A program made the position numbers and the translations under genes. Below, piece after piece: positions 42,102-55,052 of a stretch of 64,000 nt of DNA. The notes beneath the pieces are model-generated. The model searched no databases. It worked only from the letters and a program-made list of their open reading frames with translations, and was not told the origin of the DNA. The stretch lies in NCBI GenBank assembly GCA_965287045.1, contig OZ336876.1, positions 23,870,001 through 23,934,000 on the forward strand. Reading direction: 5' to 3'. Each line of letters opens with the position of its first letter. Position 1 is the stretch's first letter. This DNA is from Carcharhinus amblyrhynchos (Eukaryota).

Positions 42102-44348
42102 ACACTGTGAAGGAGGAATGGAGAATTGGGACAAGTTGCAGGGAAAAACCAGGGCCACTGTCCATTTTATAAATTATGAGAAATGGCAGTGAAAATAAAA
42201 TAAGAATTGCAGGGAGACATTTAATCCACTGAGACAGACCTGTGGGAGGTTAAAAATGTTAAATCTCAAAGGAATGCCTGAATATGAAATAAAGGAGAAT
42301 GGTCAGAGTAGAGTTTTGGAAGTTTTACCCGAGACAAATCGTTGATTTAGGACCATCCCTTACTGGTCCTACAAAGCATGCTCAGTGTGATGAAAAAAAC
42401 AAATCACTACTAACATTTTTTAAAGACAATTTTCAGTTGTTTATTGTTTAAGAAAAAAAGTGAACAATTAAAATTGAAATGTCACTTTTCGCACGTTATG
42501 TAAAATTTCAATTGCTTTTGATACCCAGTTTAAATTTCAGTGAAGCAACCCACAAACAAGGGTTAAAATTTCCTTACGAGCTTATTAACCAGGGCTATCA
42601 TTAGAAATTCTGTCGTTGACTTCCTAATTTAAGTCTTTGTAATTGTCTGTATTTTTCATCATGGTTTTCAATCATTAAAAGCATTTGAGCGACAGGTGAT
42701 TTGATCTAAGATGTGCTTTTCTCTGGCTGCAGGTGGTTTAGCTGAGCTTTCACCTTGACTAAGTACATAAGAGTCAGTGTTTAATCATTTGGGATGCCAA
42801 CCATCCAAAGACACATGGGGAGTCATGCTCAACAGAGCATGATTCACAGATAAGGATAGAACGCAGAGTGATTTGCAATGCACCTCCTTACAGCTCTCCA
42901 CTGGAAGCAAGGCAATGATGAAAAAAATCCAGTGGTTCCTTATTAAATGTATTTTCCCCTTCCATTGAGATTGAAGGAAACAAAGCAATTGCCTTTGAAA
43001 AAAAGAGGATCATGCGTGCCTGTATGCAGGTTCAAATATTAGTGATTTCATTTGGACAGTAGAGTTCTTTCCATTGATACAGCTTTTTGTCTATCAAATC
43101 AGTAGCAATATTCTGTTATGAATACTCTAAATTTACAAAACACCAATGACTTTATAGCACTGGCACCTGAAGAACTGAGATTGTGTGGCACGTTCTAACA
43201 ATGATTTGTAAAGTTAGTTTTACATTCATGCCAACAGTATCAGAGTTTTCTCAAATGATCTTGAGCTCAAATTAATTTGGTTGACTTGAGATCAATTGTA
43301 GTGATCTGAGATCATTGCATAAAATTAACCCTGCTTTAGCATCAATGTGGACCACAATATACATTTCCCCTTAAATGGACCAAAATCAGCAACAGATTGA
43401 GACATCACTCACAGTAGCTCATTAGTTCAGCAAATTAAAAACAACATAATAATACTCGCCCACTTTCCAGGCCAGAACATTGAGGGGATGTTTATATGTA
43501 TCTTACCCACAATTTCCAAAACCTCACAAGGTGCTAAACCTGATCCTCACCACAACTTCCTATATCCTCATGATGAGTTTCCATAAGCACAAAAATGCCA
43601 ATTACATTTGTAATGGTTGCAATCAATATGAGAATCAAAGGAGATTCATAGGACAAATTATCACCAAGAAACAAGAAGCCCAGCATTTCCTTGTGAAAGA
43701 TAACGGGGCTGAACCTCCACTCATCAACGTGATCCTGAACCATTTTCCTACTTTGAAATAAATTACAACAGATTGGGCTCCCTCTAGTAATTCAACTCTG
43801 CACAGGCCACCTACCATTGTTAATGCTGGTGTTGGGGAAAATGGGTGTGAAATGTTGGCAACTTATTTTGGACTTGGGATCTGGCACTGGGTCTTACTTT
43901 TGACAGTGCTCCAAGACTTTCCAAGCACAATCAGATTCCTGAAGGAAAATTCAGCCCATATTATCTGAAGAATATCATGTGGCTGACTCCATTCTCACTG
44001 GGTAAATAAAAACAGAAAAAGACATGATCCCAAAATCAAGAGGGAAATTATGGAGCTATTTTCATGGTGAACTGGGATTTTCTTCAACTACCCACCTTAC
44101 TTCCATAAATGTTAACACCCCACTTCAGATGGTGCATCAATCTCATATGAAATTTCAAACTGACCGATCCTCAATAGCTTTTTTTGGGAGAACGATTTTC
44201 AGATTTCCACCAACCTTTGTGTCAAAGAAGTGCTTCATGACATCATCTTACTCCAATGTTAAGGGTATGTTCCTTTGTTCTAGATTATCCACCAGAACAA
44301 ATAGTTTCTCCCCATCTACCCTATTAATTCTTTAGCAGCTTAAATAAT

Positions 44349-44710
44349 AGCACAGTGGTTAGCACTGCTGCCTTAGTGCGTCAGGGACCCAGGTTCAATT
44401 CACAACTTGGTCTTTCTCTACACCCTTGCTATGACTGTAATACTACACTCTGTCCTTTCCTTCTCTATGAATGGTATGCTTTGTCTGTATACATGTAAGT
44501 AACAATATTTTTCACTGTACGCTGAATGCAGAGACTCGGTGCAGAGTCTGCATGCTCTCCCTGTGTCTGCGTGGGTTTCCTCCAAGCTAAATTCTTGTTC
44601 AGTGTACCGGAACAGGCACTGGAGTGTGGCAACTAGGGCATTTCCACAGTAGCTTCATTGCGGTGTTAATGGATGCTTAGTTTTGACACTAATAAATAAA
44701 TAAACTTTAA
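44349..44710 (+). mobile_element. HE1-type SINE (tail B) carrying an inserted Rex 3'-UTR segment (44411-44523)
   Basis: Head gcacagtggttagcactgctgcc..ggttcaattc; body resumes ~44525; tail ..tgacactaataaataaataaac. Confidence 0.8.
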
Positions 44711-45027
44711 ACAATTCAATTAGATAAATCCATAAATCTCCTATACTCTATCCATTTTGCCCTCACATTTTCACCGTTTTAACTCCTGTATTGTTTTGGT
44801 GAATCTATATGTTTCACTCCAGCAAAGGTCAATTCATTCTTCCTGAGGTGCAATGTTCAGACACAATGCAATAATGAAGTCTAACCAGAGCTTTGTATAA
44901 ATGTAAAATAGCTTTCACCCTTTTGTTTTCCAGCCTCCTTCAGGTATTGAGGAACATTCCATTAGCCTTTACAATGTCCTTTTGGAACATCTTTAGGATG
45001 TGAAAGACATTTTATAAAGATAAGCTA

Positions 45028-45432
<405 letters not shown>

Positions 45433-45509
45433 CTATTGAATTGTATACCTCATTATCCAAGCTTAAGTTTATAAAGCCGTCTTGAAATATATATATTTTT
45501 TCATCCTGC

Positions 45510-45834
45510 TCCCCAAAGTAGCCAGCATAATCAAAAACCTCACGCACCCCGGACATACTTTCTTCCACCTTCTTCCGTCAGGAAAAGATACAAAGGTCTG
45601 AGATCACGTACTAATCAACTCAAAAAGAGCTTCTGCCTTGTTGCCACCAGACTTCTGAACGGACCTACCTCATATTAAGATGATCTTTCTCTATGCCCTT
45701 GCTATGACTGTAACACTACACTCTCTCCTTTCCTTCTCGATGAATAGTATGCTTTGTCTGTATACATGCAAGTAACAGTATTTTTCACTGTATGCTAATA
45801 CAGGTGACAATATTTGAATCAAATCAAATCAAAA
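45510..45834 (+). mobile_element. Rex1/Babar-like 3' fragment
   Basis: Homologous to 41760-42101; (AAATC)n tail. Confidence 0.8.
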
Positions 45835-47032
45835 TCCAGAAAGTTATGGGAATGTTTACCCATTTTGTTATCATAGTTACAGAGTTACCTCTCTGAAGGA
45901 GCTGTATTTTTCACATAACAAACAATACCAATCTGGATCTGACTTTTTGCCTCTTTTTAAACAACTCTACAGAAACATAATTTTTTTATCTGCGTGAGTA
46001 ATTGATCAGCACTGTTTCTGAAAGAATGAATAACTTCCATTTGTCATGAATTGATTGTTGATAGGCAAAAGCTCACATTCTGTGACATCCCTTCGTTACC
46101 ATAAGTGGACTAGCTTCTTTCAAAGTAACTATTATTGCTTGACTGCATTTCTTCATATAATTCCTTTTTTTTAAAAAAATGACTCTCTGCCAGTTGTTTT
46201 AGTTTTGTACCCAGCACAATTATACTAACTTATTAACTTTCCAGTGGGAATTTTGGTATCTGACACCCTTGAAACAAATGGAGGAATGCAAGGCAAATCA
46301 AGCTATACAAGAGGTGATTTGCACTTTATACTTATAGTTTTATGTCCAAGGGTATGGAGTAGAGGCTTCTATTCTCAAGAAAACTAGGGATAACGGTCCT
46401 GATTGTCTTAGTAAGATGTGTGATTCCCTGCCGAACTCCCTGTGTTGAATGGTTCCTGAAAAACATTTCAAACCAAATGCCAAGTTTGCAGTGTCACCAC
46501 ACAAAGGGAAATATGTCAGGTTTCCTTCACCAAAATGCTACCAACCATAACTGCAGACACTGTCGCACACCCCTTTTATCGATTTGGACACTTCTTCATT
46601 GCGTTCAGGCCAGCAAAAAAGCCAGATGCACAACAAGCCATCTGCTGCTATCTGCTAGCTTCTATCACTGGTAGCTAAAAAAGCTAACAATGGGATTAGA
46701 TAGCTGCAACCTCCAAACTGCCTCCACTTCGGTTCAGGTATTCTGCCTTATTGGTGCCATTGTTAGCAAAGCGGACCTCCTTATAATTTCCTCACAGAAC
46801 ACTCCACCATTGTTGGGTCATTATTAATGGGGTCAGGTACTGGGCTGCAGAATGACTTGGTTGCATCTCATGTTACCTTCCTTTTCATTTTTACATGTTA
46901 TTTATTTTTTGACTCATCTTTAGCTTTTAAGGATTGTTGAGTTTTTATATCTCTGTTTTGTTACCTCTGCTTAATTGTTCCTTATTTTTAAATTTCATCA
47001 TGGCCTTCTCCTTCCTCCTAGATCCACCCATG

Positions 47033-47366
47033 GGTGACATGGTAGCACAGTGGTTAGCACTGCTGCTTCACAGCTCCAGGGATCTGGGCTCGATTCCCGG
47101 CTTTGGTCACTGTCTACGTGGCATTTGCACATTCTCCTCATGTCTGCATGGGTTTCTTCTGGGTGCTTTGGTTTCCTCCCACAGTCCAAAGATATGCGGG
47201 TTAGGTTGATTATTCATGCTAAAATTGCCCCTTAGCGTCCTGAGATGTGTAGGTTAGAGGGATGAGTGGGTAAAATATGTGAGGATGTAGGGCCTGGGTG
47301 GGATTGTGGTCAATACAGACTCAATGGGCTGAATGGCCTCTTTCTGTCCTGTAGGGATTCTATGAT
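47033..47366 (+). mobile_element. HE1-type SINE, full length (CR1 tail)
   Basis: ggtagcacagtggttagcactgctgc..ctcgattccc head; ..gaatggcctc..tgtagggattctatgatt tail. Confidence 0.88.
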
Positions 47367-48504
47367 TTGCACATATTAATGAGATAATCGTTGATAATTA
47401 GTTAAAGCAACAATCTATTTGAGTACGTTACAAAACCTGCTTTTGTTTATTCTAATCACCATGACTAAACTGCACTTTGATCAGAAAATCTAGATTTGAC
47501 TAACTCACAATAAAAAATGCTCTATTTCAAGATAATTGTCTCATGCTTTCAAATAATTAACACTAAAATTTCCATTTGAGAACAAAATTAACTTTCCAGC
47601 TTTCAGAATTTAAATGATGCCTCATTTATGTAATACAACAACCACATTAAATTAAATCACATTTAAAATAATTGACGTTTAAATGAAAATCTAAAATAAT
47701 TATATTTTTAAAACTTTTTACTATGTTTACTTGATTGATTCAGAAATATCAGTCAACAGACAGGAAGGTGCAACTGAAGAGTGGAGGCAGGGAAGGGTGC
47801 GTATTAGGCTTTTTTATCGACAGCTATGTAAGTTTCATTCAAGTGCAATGATATTGATTTTCTGTGATGTTCATACCCTTTGTAGGCTATGACCTTGGCA
47901 GGCACAGAACATGGGAAGAGCAGGAGAAACTGTTAGCACTGTAGCTTTGTCTTCCACCTTTGATTCACTCACATACTGAAGGAGCAAATGTGAAGCACGA
48001 TAGTTCAGATCATGAAAGGGTCCAACCATCAAAATGGGGCAGTACAGGTAAACCCCTGAACAAAATTTTAAGAAGTCCACTTCAGGAGCCTCCAGCTCCG
48101 CTGGACCTAAGAGAATATCAATGGCCGACCTGACATTTACAGCAATGCCAGTACACACCTGGCATTGAGTATTGCAAAAGAAGAAAGCTTGTAATTTTTA
48201 AATTTAATAACCCAGTAGTAAGTGATTATGATTTTAAAATGTTTTGAATTTTCTTCTGCTGCAGTCAGCCACAATCCATTGCTGTAGGTGTAGTTCAGGG
48301 TTGACGCAATTATGTTATTCTTTCACTCCCTGCTCCAACAAAAGTCTGTTTCAAAAACGGTAATAAGCTGAACCCTGGATGATTGCTCAGGGTCAGGACA
48401 GAGTGAGATACAAAGCTGTAAAGTTCACATCACCTCTGTTGTGGCTTCATTCCCATCATATTGGCCATTTATTTCTTGGAATTGAGTTCAAATCCAGTTT
48501 GCAA

Positions 48505-49080
48505 ATGAACATAGGAATTAGGAGCAGGAATAGGCCATACAACTTCTTGAGCCTCCTCTGCCATTTAATAATATCATGGCTGATCTGATTGTAACCTCAA
48601 CCCCACATTCCTGCCTACCCTGTTAAACTTACACTATCTTGCTAATCAAAAATCTATCCAGCTTTGCCTTAAAATTTTTTAAAGACTCTGCTTACAGTGC
48701 CTTTTGAGGGAGTGAGTTCCAGAGATTCACAATGGAAAATAATTCTGTTCATCTCTGTCTTAAATGAGCAACTCCTTATTTTTAAATAGTGACGCTTCGT
48801 TCTAGATTCTCCCAAAAGAGGAAATATCCCCTTCACATCCATTCTCTCATGACCTTTCAAGATCTTAAAGGTTTTGATCAAGTCATCTCTTATCCTTCTA
48901 AAATCTAGTACATTGCAACCCCTCCAACCTTTCCTTATAAGGCAACAAGCCATTCCCGATATTCATCTAGTAAACCTCTCGACTGCTTCTAACACAGTTA
49001 CATCTTTCCTTAAATAGGGAGGCCAATAATGTAAACAGCACTCAGATGTACACTCACCAATGCCCTATACAAATAAAGCT
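48505..49080 (-). mobile_element. CR1 3' fragment
   Basis: DFRRIRDDLIKTFKILKG; tail gaacataggaattaggagcagga on plus strand. Confidence 0.75.
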
Positions 49081-50147
49081 GGGAAGTTCTTTCATTTTCA
49101 TTATTTCAAGTTCCAGGTTAAGTGGACTTCACTTTCACTGACACTCTCTTTTTCTATTATGTTATCCCTGGCTCAATCTCACGTAAGGCGCAGATTCATC
49201 TCCAGTTCCTCACTTAAGTGAGCTTCGTTACACAACTCCACTTTGGAGGCTTTGTAATTGTTTAATTATTGAATATTAATCAGGAACTAGAAAAAAATCT
49301 GCTCCCTATTTTAGAGATGCTGAGATGTCTTTGCAATTTTCATTTCAAATTGCTGGTAAAAGGTCCGCAGCATTCAAGTGCCTCAGGCTCACTATTAGTA
49401 AAACACTAAGCATGGACTCAGGACGTCACTGTATTATCTGTCTAATACAGATAGGAAATATACAGTAAATGGCAGAACCCTTAAGACAGCAAGGAAGAAT
49501 CGGAACAGAAGTTCCCCACTGGCTCTGAAAGCCTATTTTTGTTTTCAAGGGCATATAAATTGCAAGCACATGAAAGATACATCAAAAACAGATCTTAAAC
49601 TGTGCTGTGTCCCCAAACCATTGTTTTGTCTTTGTCCAAGTAACACATCTCACAAACAATGTTCCTTTCGTTGTCAGGCTGTAAACTGAGAAAGCTTTTG
49701 AACGTTCAGTTTCATATTTTTGTTAAGTGACTAAATGAAAGAGGGTAAATAATGGAGGACTTCACAGGCTTTCAACTCTGATAGTTTTGAATGTTGTATC
49801 AAAGCGCACAGGTAGGGATCAGGTGACATAATGCATCAAAACATCATCCTTACACTCCTGATCACTGATGTTGCATCAATGCCTTTCCTAAAAGTAATTC
49901 AAAAGGGTAATTCCAAATTGAATGTGTCACACAAACACAAAGGTGCTGGCTGTCTCAAATTCTCAAAGCGCTCAGCCACAACAAAGGATGTGCATTTTAC
50001 ACACCATCCTGTTTTGGAAAAAAGGACTTTGAACTTGTACAAGTCTGAGTATGAAAAGCCATGTTCATAGAATCATAAAACCTGACAGTGCAGAAGGAGA
50101 AGAACCTAGGCCTTACCCCCACTACCCCACACATTCACCCCACACAT

Positions 50148-50937
50148 CTAGTCAAGTGTGAGGTAATGCATTTTGGAAGATAGGAAATATACAGTAAATG
50201 GTAGAACCCTTAAGAGTATCGGTAGGCAAAGGGATCTGGGTGCACGGGTACACAGGTCACTGAAAGTGGAAATGAAAGTGGAGAATGTAGTCAAGAAGGC
50301 ATAGGGCATGCTTGTCTTCATTGGCCAGGGCACTGAGCTTAAAAATTGTCAAGTCATGTTGCAGTTTTATAGAACCTTAGTTAGACCGCACTTGGAATAT
50401 AGTGTTCAATTCTGGTTGCTACACTACCAGAAGGATGTGGAGGCTTTGGAGGGGGTACAGAAAAAATTTACTGGGATGTTGCCTGATATGGACGGCATTA
50501 GCTATGATGAGAGGTCGGAGAAACTTGGTTTGTTCTCACTGGAACAACGGAGGTTGAGGGGCGACCTGATAGAAGTCTACAAGATTATGAGAGGCATGGA
50601 TAGAGTGGATAGTCAGAAGTTTTTTCCCAGGTGGAGGAGTCAATCATTAGGGGCACAGGTTTGAGGTGCAAGGGGCAAGGTTTAAAGGAGATACATGAGG
50701 CAGATTTTTTATACAAAGAGTAATGGGTGTCTGGAACTTATTACTGGGGGAGGTAGTGGAAGTGGATATGGTAGTGACTTTTAAAGGGCATCTTGACAAG
50801 TACATGAATAGGATGGGAATAGAGGGATATGGTCCCTGGAAGGGTAGGAGTTTTTAGTTAAGTTGGGCAATATGGTCGGTGCAGGCCTGTAGGGCCAAAG
50901 AGCCTGTTCCTGCGCTGTAATTTTCTTTGTTCTTTGT
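50148..50937 (+). mobile_element. CR1 LINE 3' fragment inserted into an HE1-type SINE
   Basis: LVRPHLEYSVQFW..RRLRGDLIEVYKIM; same tail as 11385-11867; SINE halves at 50066-50147 and 50938-51004. Confidence 0.85.
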
Positions 50938-51669
50938 AATCCCGCTACACATCCCAGGGGCAATTTTAGCATGGCCAATCCATCTAACCCGCACATCTTT
51001 GGACATGTTGTCATCTACTTCAAAAGTTTAGCAAGATGTTACTTGCGGAGAGAACTCTACCAAAAGCCACTGAGCCAGCTGCAAGACATCACGCTGCCAT
51101 GGCAATAAATGGTAATACCATGAAAGCAGGCGCAAGACACTCCCTTCATAGGGGTTTGGAACCCCTGGCTAGGGTGGGGCCAGATTCAGCCCATTACACT
51201 TGGGGAGATTTCAAATTTTACACCTATCCCCAATGTGCTTCATCTTGGGCTAACCACTGCTATTCAGGTGCCTGAGCCTCAGCTGCAGTCACCAGAGGCC
51301 AAGCTTGTGAGGAGAGAGCAATGCCCAAGATCCAGGAGTAGAGACGCAGGGTAGGGGCGAGAAACTGTCGATTGCCTGAAGAGTGGGTAACCGGGACTAG
51401 GGGAAAAAGGAGCAGAATACCCAACTCCATTGACCATTCACCCTCTGTCCCCATCCAAGTTTTATTGGTGTCCCATGACAGGTACTCAGCCCCTGAAAAA
51501 GAGGCCCTGGCTCCAGCTCCAGATACAGTCTCAGACTGGGGAGTTGGCCAGAGCTTTGGATAGTTGAATCACTGCCCTGGGTTAGTTTGGGGTTCTGACA
51601 GATTGGGAAAGACAGTAAAAAGTCTGACAACACCGGGTTTTAGTCCAACCGATTTATTTGATAATAGAC

Positions 51670-51707
51670 TCACAAGCTTTCGAGGGGACACCCTCTTCGT
51701 CAGGTGA
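51670..51707 (-). ncRNA. Minimal type I hammerhead ribozyme motif in Penelope pLTR (sense to CSMD1 pre-mRNA)
   Basis: Minus strand reads tcac-CTGACGA-a-gaggg-tgtc-ccctc-GAAA-gc-TT-gtga: intact core, perfect 5-bp stem II, stem I tcac/gtga, palindromic AAGCTT helix III. Confidence 0.8.
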
Positions 51708-52199
51708 ATGGAGAGTTCTGGCCTCAGACAGAGCATATAAAGCACGGTTTAGAGGTTACTGATTAGAATGCGAATCCTTACACCTAACCTGCTGTTCAAG
51801 TCTTAAAGTGGCAGACAATGTGCGTGGAAGGAGCACTGATCACAGGTTACAGAGATGTGTATTGTCTCCAGACAGTACAGTAAGTGAGGTTTTGCAAACC
51901 CAGGCAAGTCACGGGGGTTACAGATAGTGCGACATGAACCCAAGATCCCGGTTGAGACCGTCCTCATGTGTGCGGAACTTGGCTATCAGTCTCTGTTCAG
52001 CGACTCTGCGTTGTCGTGTGTCGTGAAGGCCGCCTTGGAGAATGCTTACCCGAAGGTCAGAGCCTGAATGCCCTTCCACTCACATTGTCGGCCACTTTAA
52101 GACTTGAACAGCAGGTTAGGTGTAAGGATTCGCATTCTAATCAGTAATCTCTAAACTGTCTGTGCTTTATATGCTCTGTCTGAGGCCAGAACTCTCCAT

Positions 52200-52237
52200 T
52201 CACCTGACGAAGGGGGTGTCCCCTCGAAAGCTTGTGA
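52200..52237 (+). ncRNA. Minimal type I hammerhead ribozyme motif in the inverted pLTR
   Basis: tcac-CTGACGA-a-ggggg-tgtc-ccctc-GAAA-gc-TT-gtga; stem II kept with a G-U pair where the other copy has A-U. Confidence 0.8.
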
Positions 52238-53034
52238 GTCTATTATCCGGTTGGACTAAAACCTGGTGTTGTCAGACTTTTTATTGTGTATACCCCAGTC
52301 CAACGCCGGCATACCCACATCAGATTGGGAAAGGACAGAGAGAATTTGTGAAAGGAGAGAAAAACACAGACAGAATGGGAAGGGGAGCAACAGAGAGTGG
52401 GAAGGGTCCGAAAGACAGATAGACTGGGAAAGGAGAGTGAGAGAGAGATTCAGAGACAGAGCGGGAAAAGAGAGACAGCAAGAATGGAAAAGAAAACAAA
52501 AAGCTGAGCTAAATTTCAGAAGTGAGACACAGAAGCTGTGCTCCTCATTAAGAAAAAGCAAACTCAGCTATTGCATTAAATCAGTGGGCGAGTTGAGCAT
52601 TTCTGCATTCTCTCTTTAAAAAAAAGATTGTTTGCGTGTCTGTGGTCTGCGGTCTGCAACTGATTTTGCTAACGAGTGACTATTGATGACATAAAGGTTC
52701 TCCGGTTCTGCCCAAACCTGTTCCAAAGTTAAATTCAAACTAAAAGAGGCCAATTTCCTGTAAATTTAACTATAGGAAGACTTGTATCTTCCTGAAGATC
52801 TTGTCCTTTATAAGGCTTTCACTTCAATTAAACCATCAACTAATTTAAGAAATTGCAGGCATGACATAAATGGGACTGAGGAAATTATAAATTGTAATTG
52901 TATTGTATTACCTTTATCTGTATGCATGTGAAAGAGAATGTGTGTGTGTGGGTGAATTTTACATCTCATTATGCAAGCATAAGTTTACAAAGCTGTCTTG
53001 AAATATAACTTCATTTTTATCTTTTTCATCCTGC

Positions 53035-53336
53035 TTCCCAAAGCAGTCAGCAGAATCAAGGACCCCGCACACCCCGGACATAATCTCTTCCACCTTCTTC
53101 CATCGAGAAAAAGATACAAAAATCTGAGATTGCATACCAACTGACCCTGCTGTCATCAGACTTTTGAATGGATTTATCTCGCACTTAGTTGATCTTTACC
53201 TACACCCTAGCTATGACTGCAATACTACATTCTGCACTCTCTCGTTTCCTTCTCTATGAACGGTATGCTTTGTCTACATAGCATGCAAGAAACAATACTA
53301 TGTACTAACATGTGACAATAATAAATCAAATCAAAT
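53035..53336 (+). mobile_element. Rex1/Babar-like 3' fragment
   Basis: Homologous to 41760-42101; ends catgtgacaataataaatcaaatcaaa. Confidence 0.8.
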
Positions 53337-53554
53337 TCAAAATAACCTTTATTTTAAATTCCCCCCGCAAAAAAGCTTGATGCAAATGAGAATTATTTAA
53401 CTGAGACAATCACTCTGAGGGTAAAAAAACCCTTACACCTAATCATAACAATAAAACACAAATTGTACCTGTGACAATCATACAGCACTGTTTAGTGACC
53501 CTATCTTTCACACATACCTTTTGACTAACTACCCAACCAGTCCAAAAGCCACGC

Positions 53555-53700
53555 TCATTAGATGCATTGGCCATGCTAAATTCTCCCTCAGTGTACCCGA
53601 ACATGCACCAGAATGTGGTGACGAAGGCATTTTCATAGTAACTTCATTGCCACGTTCATGTAAGTTGACTTGTGACACAAATAAATAAACTTTAAAACTT
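53555..53700 (+). mobile_element. HE1-type SINE tail-B fragment
   Basis: ccctcagtgtacccgaac..gtaacttcattgc..cttgtgacacaaataaataaac. Confidence 0.7.
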
Positions 53701-53774
53701 TACCAACATGGCACTTGTTTTTGCTATACATCGTTTTTTTTGTGTGTCTCTATCAAACACCAAGTTATCCTTGA

Positions 53775-54660
53775 CGCTCTGGTCAATATTTACCCTTCAT
53801 TTAAGGACACAAAAACAGGTCAGCTGGTCACTGTCACATTGCTGTTAGTGGGAGGTAAATGCACAAATAGTGCATTTACTCGGGTCTTATATGTTGGAGA
53901 GACCAAGCGTTGACTGGATGTTCCCTTTGCTGAGCACCTTTGGTTTGTGCACAATCAGGACCCTGACGTTCCGGTTGCTTGCCATTTTAACCCATGATCC
54001 TGCTCCCACGCCCACATGTCTGTCCTTGGCCTGCTGCAATGTTCCAGTGAAGCTCAACTCGAACAGGAGGAACAGCATCTCATCCACCAGCTTGGCACTT
54101 TACAGCCTTCCAGTCTCAACATCAAATTCAACAACTTCAGATGAATAGCTCAACCCCTTTGTTTTCATTTTTTTTATTACTTAAAGTTCTCTACCTTTTT
54201 TTATTGCCTTTCTTCACTTTTCTTCCCACCACCACCACCCGCATCTTCATCTGCCACAGTGTACCCTCTGATTTCAGCTTCTCTGCCGTTTGACCATTCA
54301 TTCCCTTCATTCTCTTTATGGACTGCCATTAGCAGCCTTTTCCTCCGGTTTCTGTGGCTATGATTCATCTTTCATTCCCTCACCCTGCAGTATAAATATC
54401 TCCAACTTTCTATGCCGTTTAGCTTTGACAAAGGGTCACCAAGGACTCGAAACATCAGCTCTTTTCTCTCCTTATGGATGCTGCCAGACCTGCTGAGATT
54501 TTCCAGCATTTCCTCTTTTGGTTGCACAAGTAGGTTATTGACTTTCCTATACTACAACCATGACCACATTTCAAAGATGATTCATTGACCGTAATGTGCT
54601 TTGGAACATCCAGATGTCATGAAAGGTGCTCAAGAAAGGCACTTTCCACATATAAGTCTT
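53775..54660 (+). mobile_element. Deu-domain SINE split by the Penelope fragment (parts ~53775-53860 and ~54524-54660)
   Basis: ggtcaatatttaccc..cacattgctgttagtgggag | ..tttcctatactacaaccatgaccacatttcaaag..gctttggaacatcc..atgaaaggtgct. Confidence 0.55.
53865..54523 (+). mobile_element. Penelope-like element 3' fragment (second family), GIY-YIG remnant plus pLTR
   Basis: YVGETKR*LDVPFAEHL..PVACHFN..HMSVLGLLQCSSEAQLEQEEQHLI..LGTLQPSSLNIKFNNFR*; decayed hammerhead ttgacaa-agggtc..gactc-GAAA at ~54425-54460; tail cctgctgagattttccagcattt. Confidence 0.8.
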
Positions 54661-54925
54661 AATTTTTCATCTTAGTCCACTTTGTTGTTGCAATTACTTA
54701 ACTGCCTCTGTCTTACTTGCCCTCCTACCCAACCCTGCGATGCAAATAGTGCCTCATTTCAACAGCAATTAGAAATCAACATGTTTATATTTACATTTGT
54801 AATATTGACACTTGATCATGTCATTTTTACATATTATGCAGGGGAAATATGCGATCATTTTATGAATTGGAATGTAGCTACTCCCATACAGAGCAGATTA
54901 CATCCAATGCAGGAGGAGGGCATAC

Positions 54926-55052
54926 CTGACTGTTTTCCCTGGATCAGCTTCTATAATCCAAGTACAATGGACATTGTGATCATACGGTGCTGGGTAGCCA
55001 GGGGAGAGAATCCTCCCAGCAGTCGCACTTTTAAAGTGGCCTCCACACTCAG
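54926..55052 (-). CDS. CSMD1: CSMD1 coding exon (N-half of CUB domain, ~CUB8)
   Basis: (A)ECGGHFKSATAGRILSPGYPAPYDHNVHCTWIIEADPGKTV; ttttcag|CT acceptor, AG|gtatg donor; 127 nt, phase 1-2. Confidence 0.95.

Larger units (their letters stand above)
51616..52320 (-). mobile_element. Penelope-like retroelement, 5'-truncated, with inverted pseudo-LTRs and TSD
   Basis: Minus strand 52073-51918 encodes the GIY-YIG C-terminus GHSGSDLRVSILQGGLHDTRQRRVAEQRLIAKFRTHEDGLNRDLGFMSHYL*; inverted arms ~51613-51831 and ~52071-52286; flanking direct repeat cagattgggaaa(g)gacag at 51599-51615 and 52321-52338. Confidence 0.88.

Noticed and set aside
47033-47110. tRNA-like A/B boxes
   Set aside because: They are heads of SINEs, not tRNA genes
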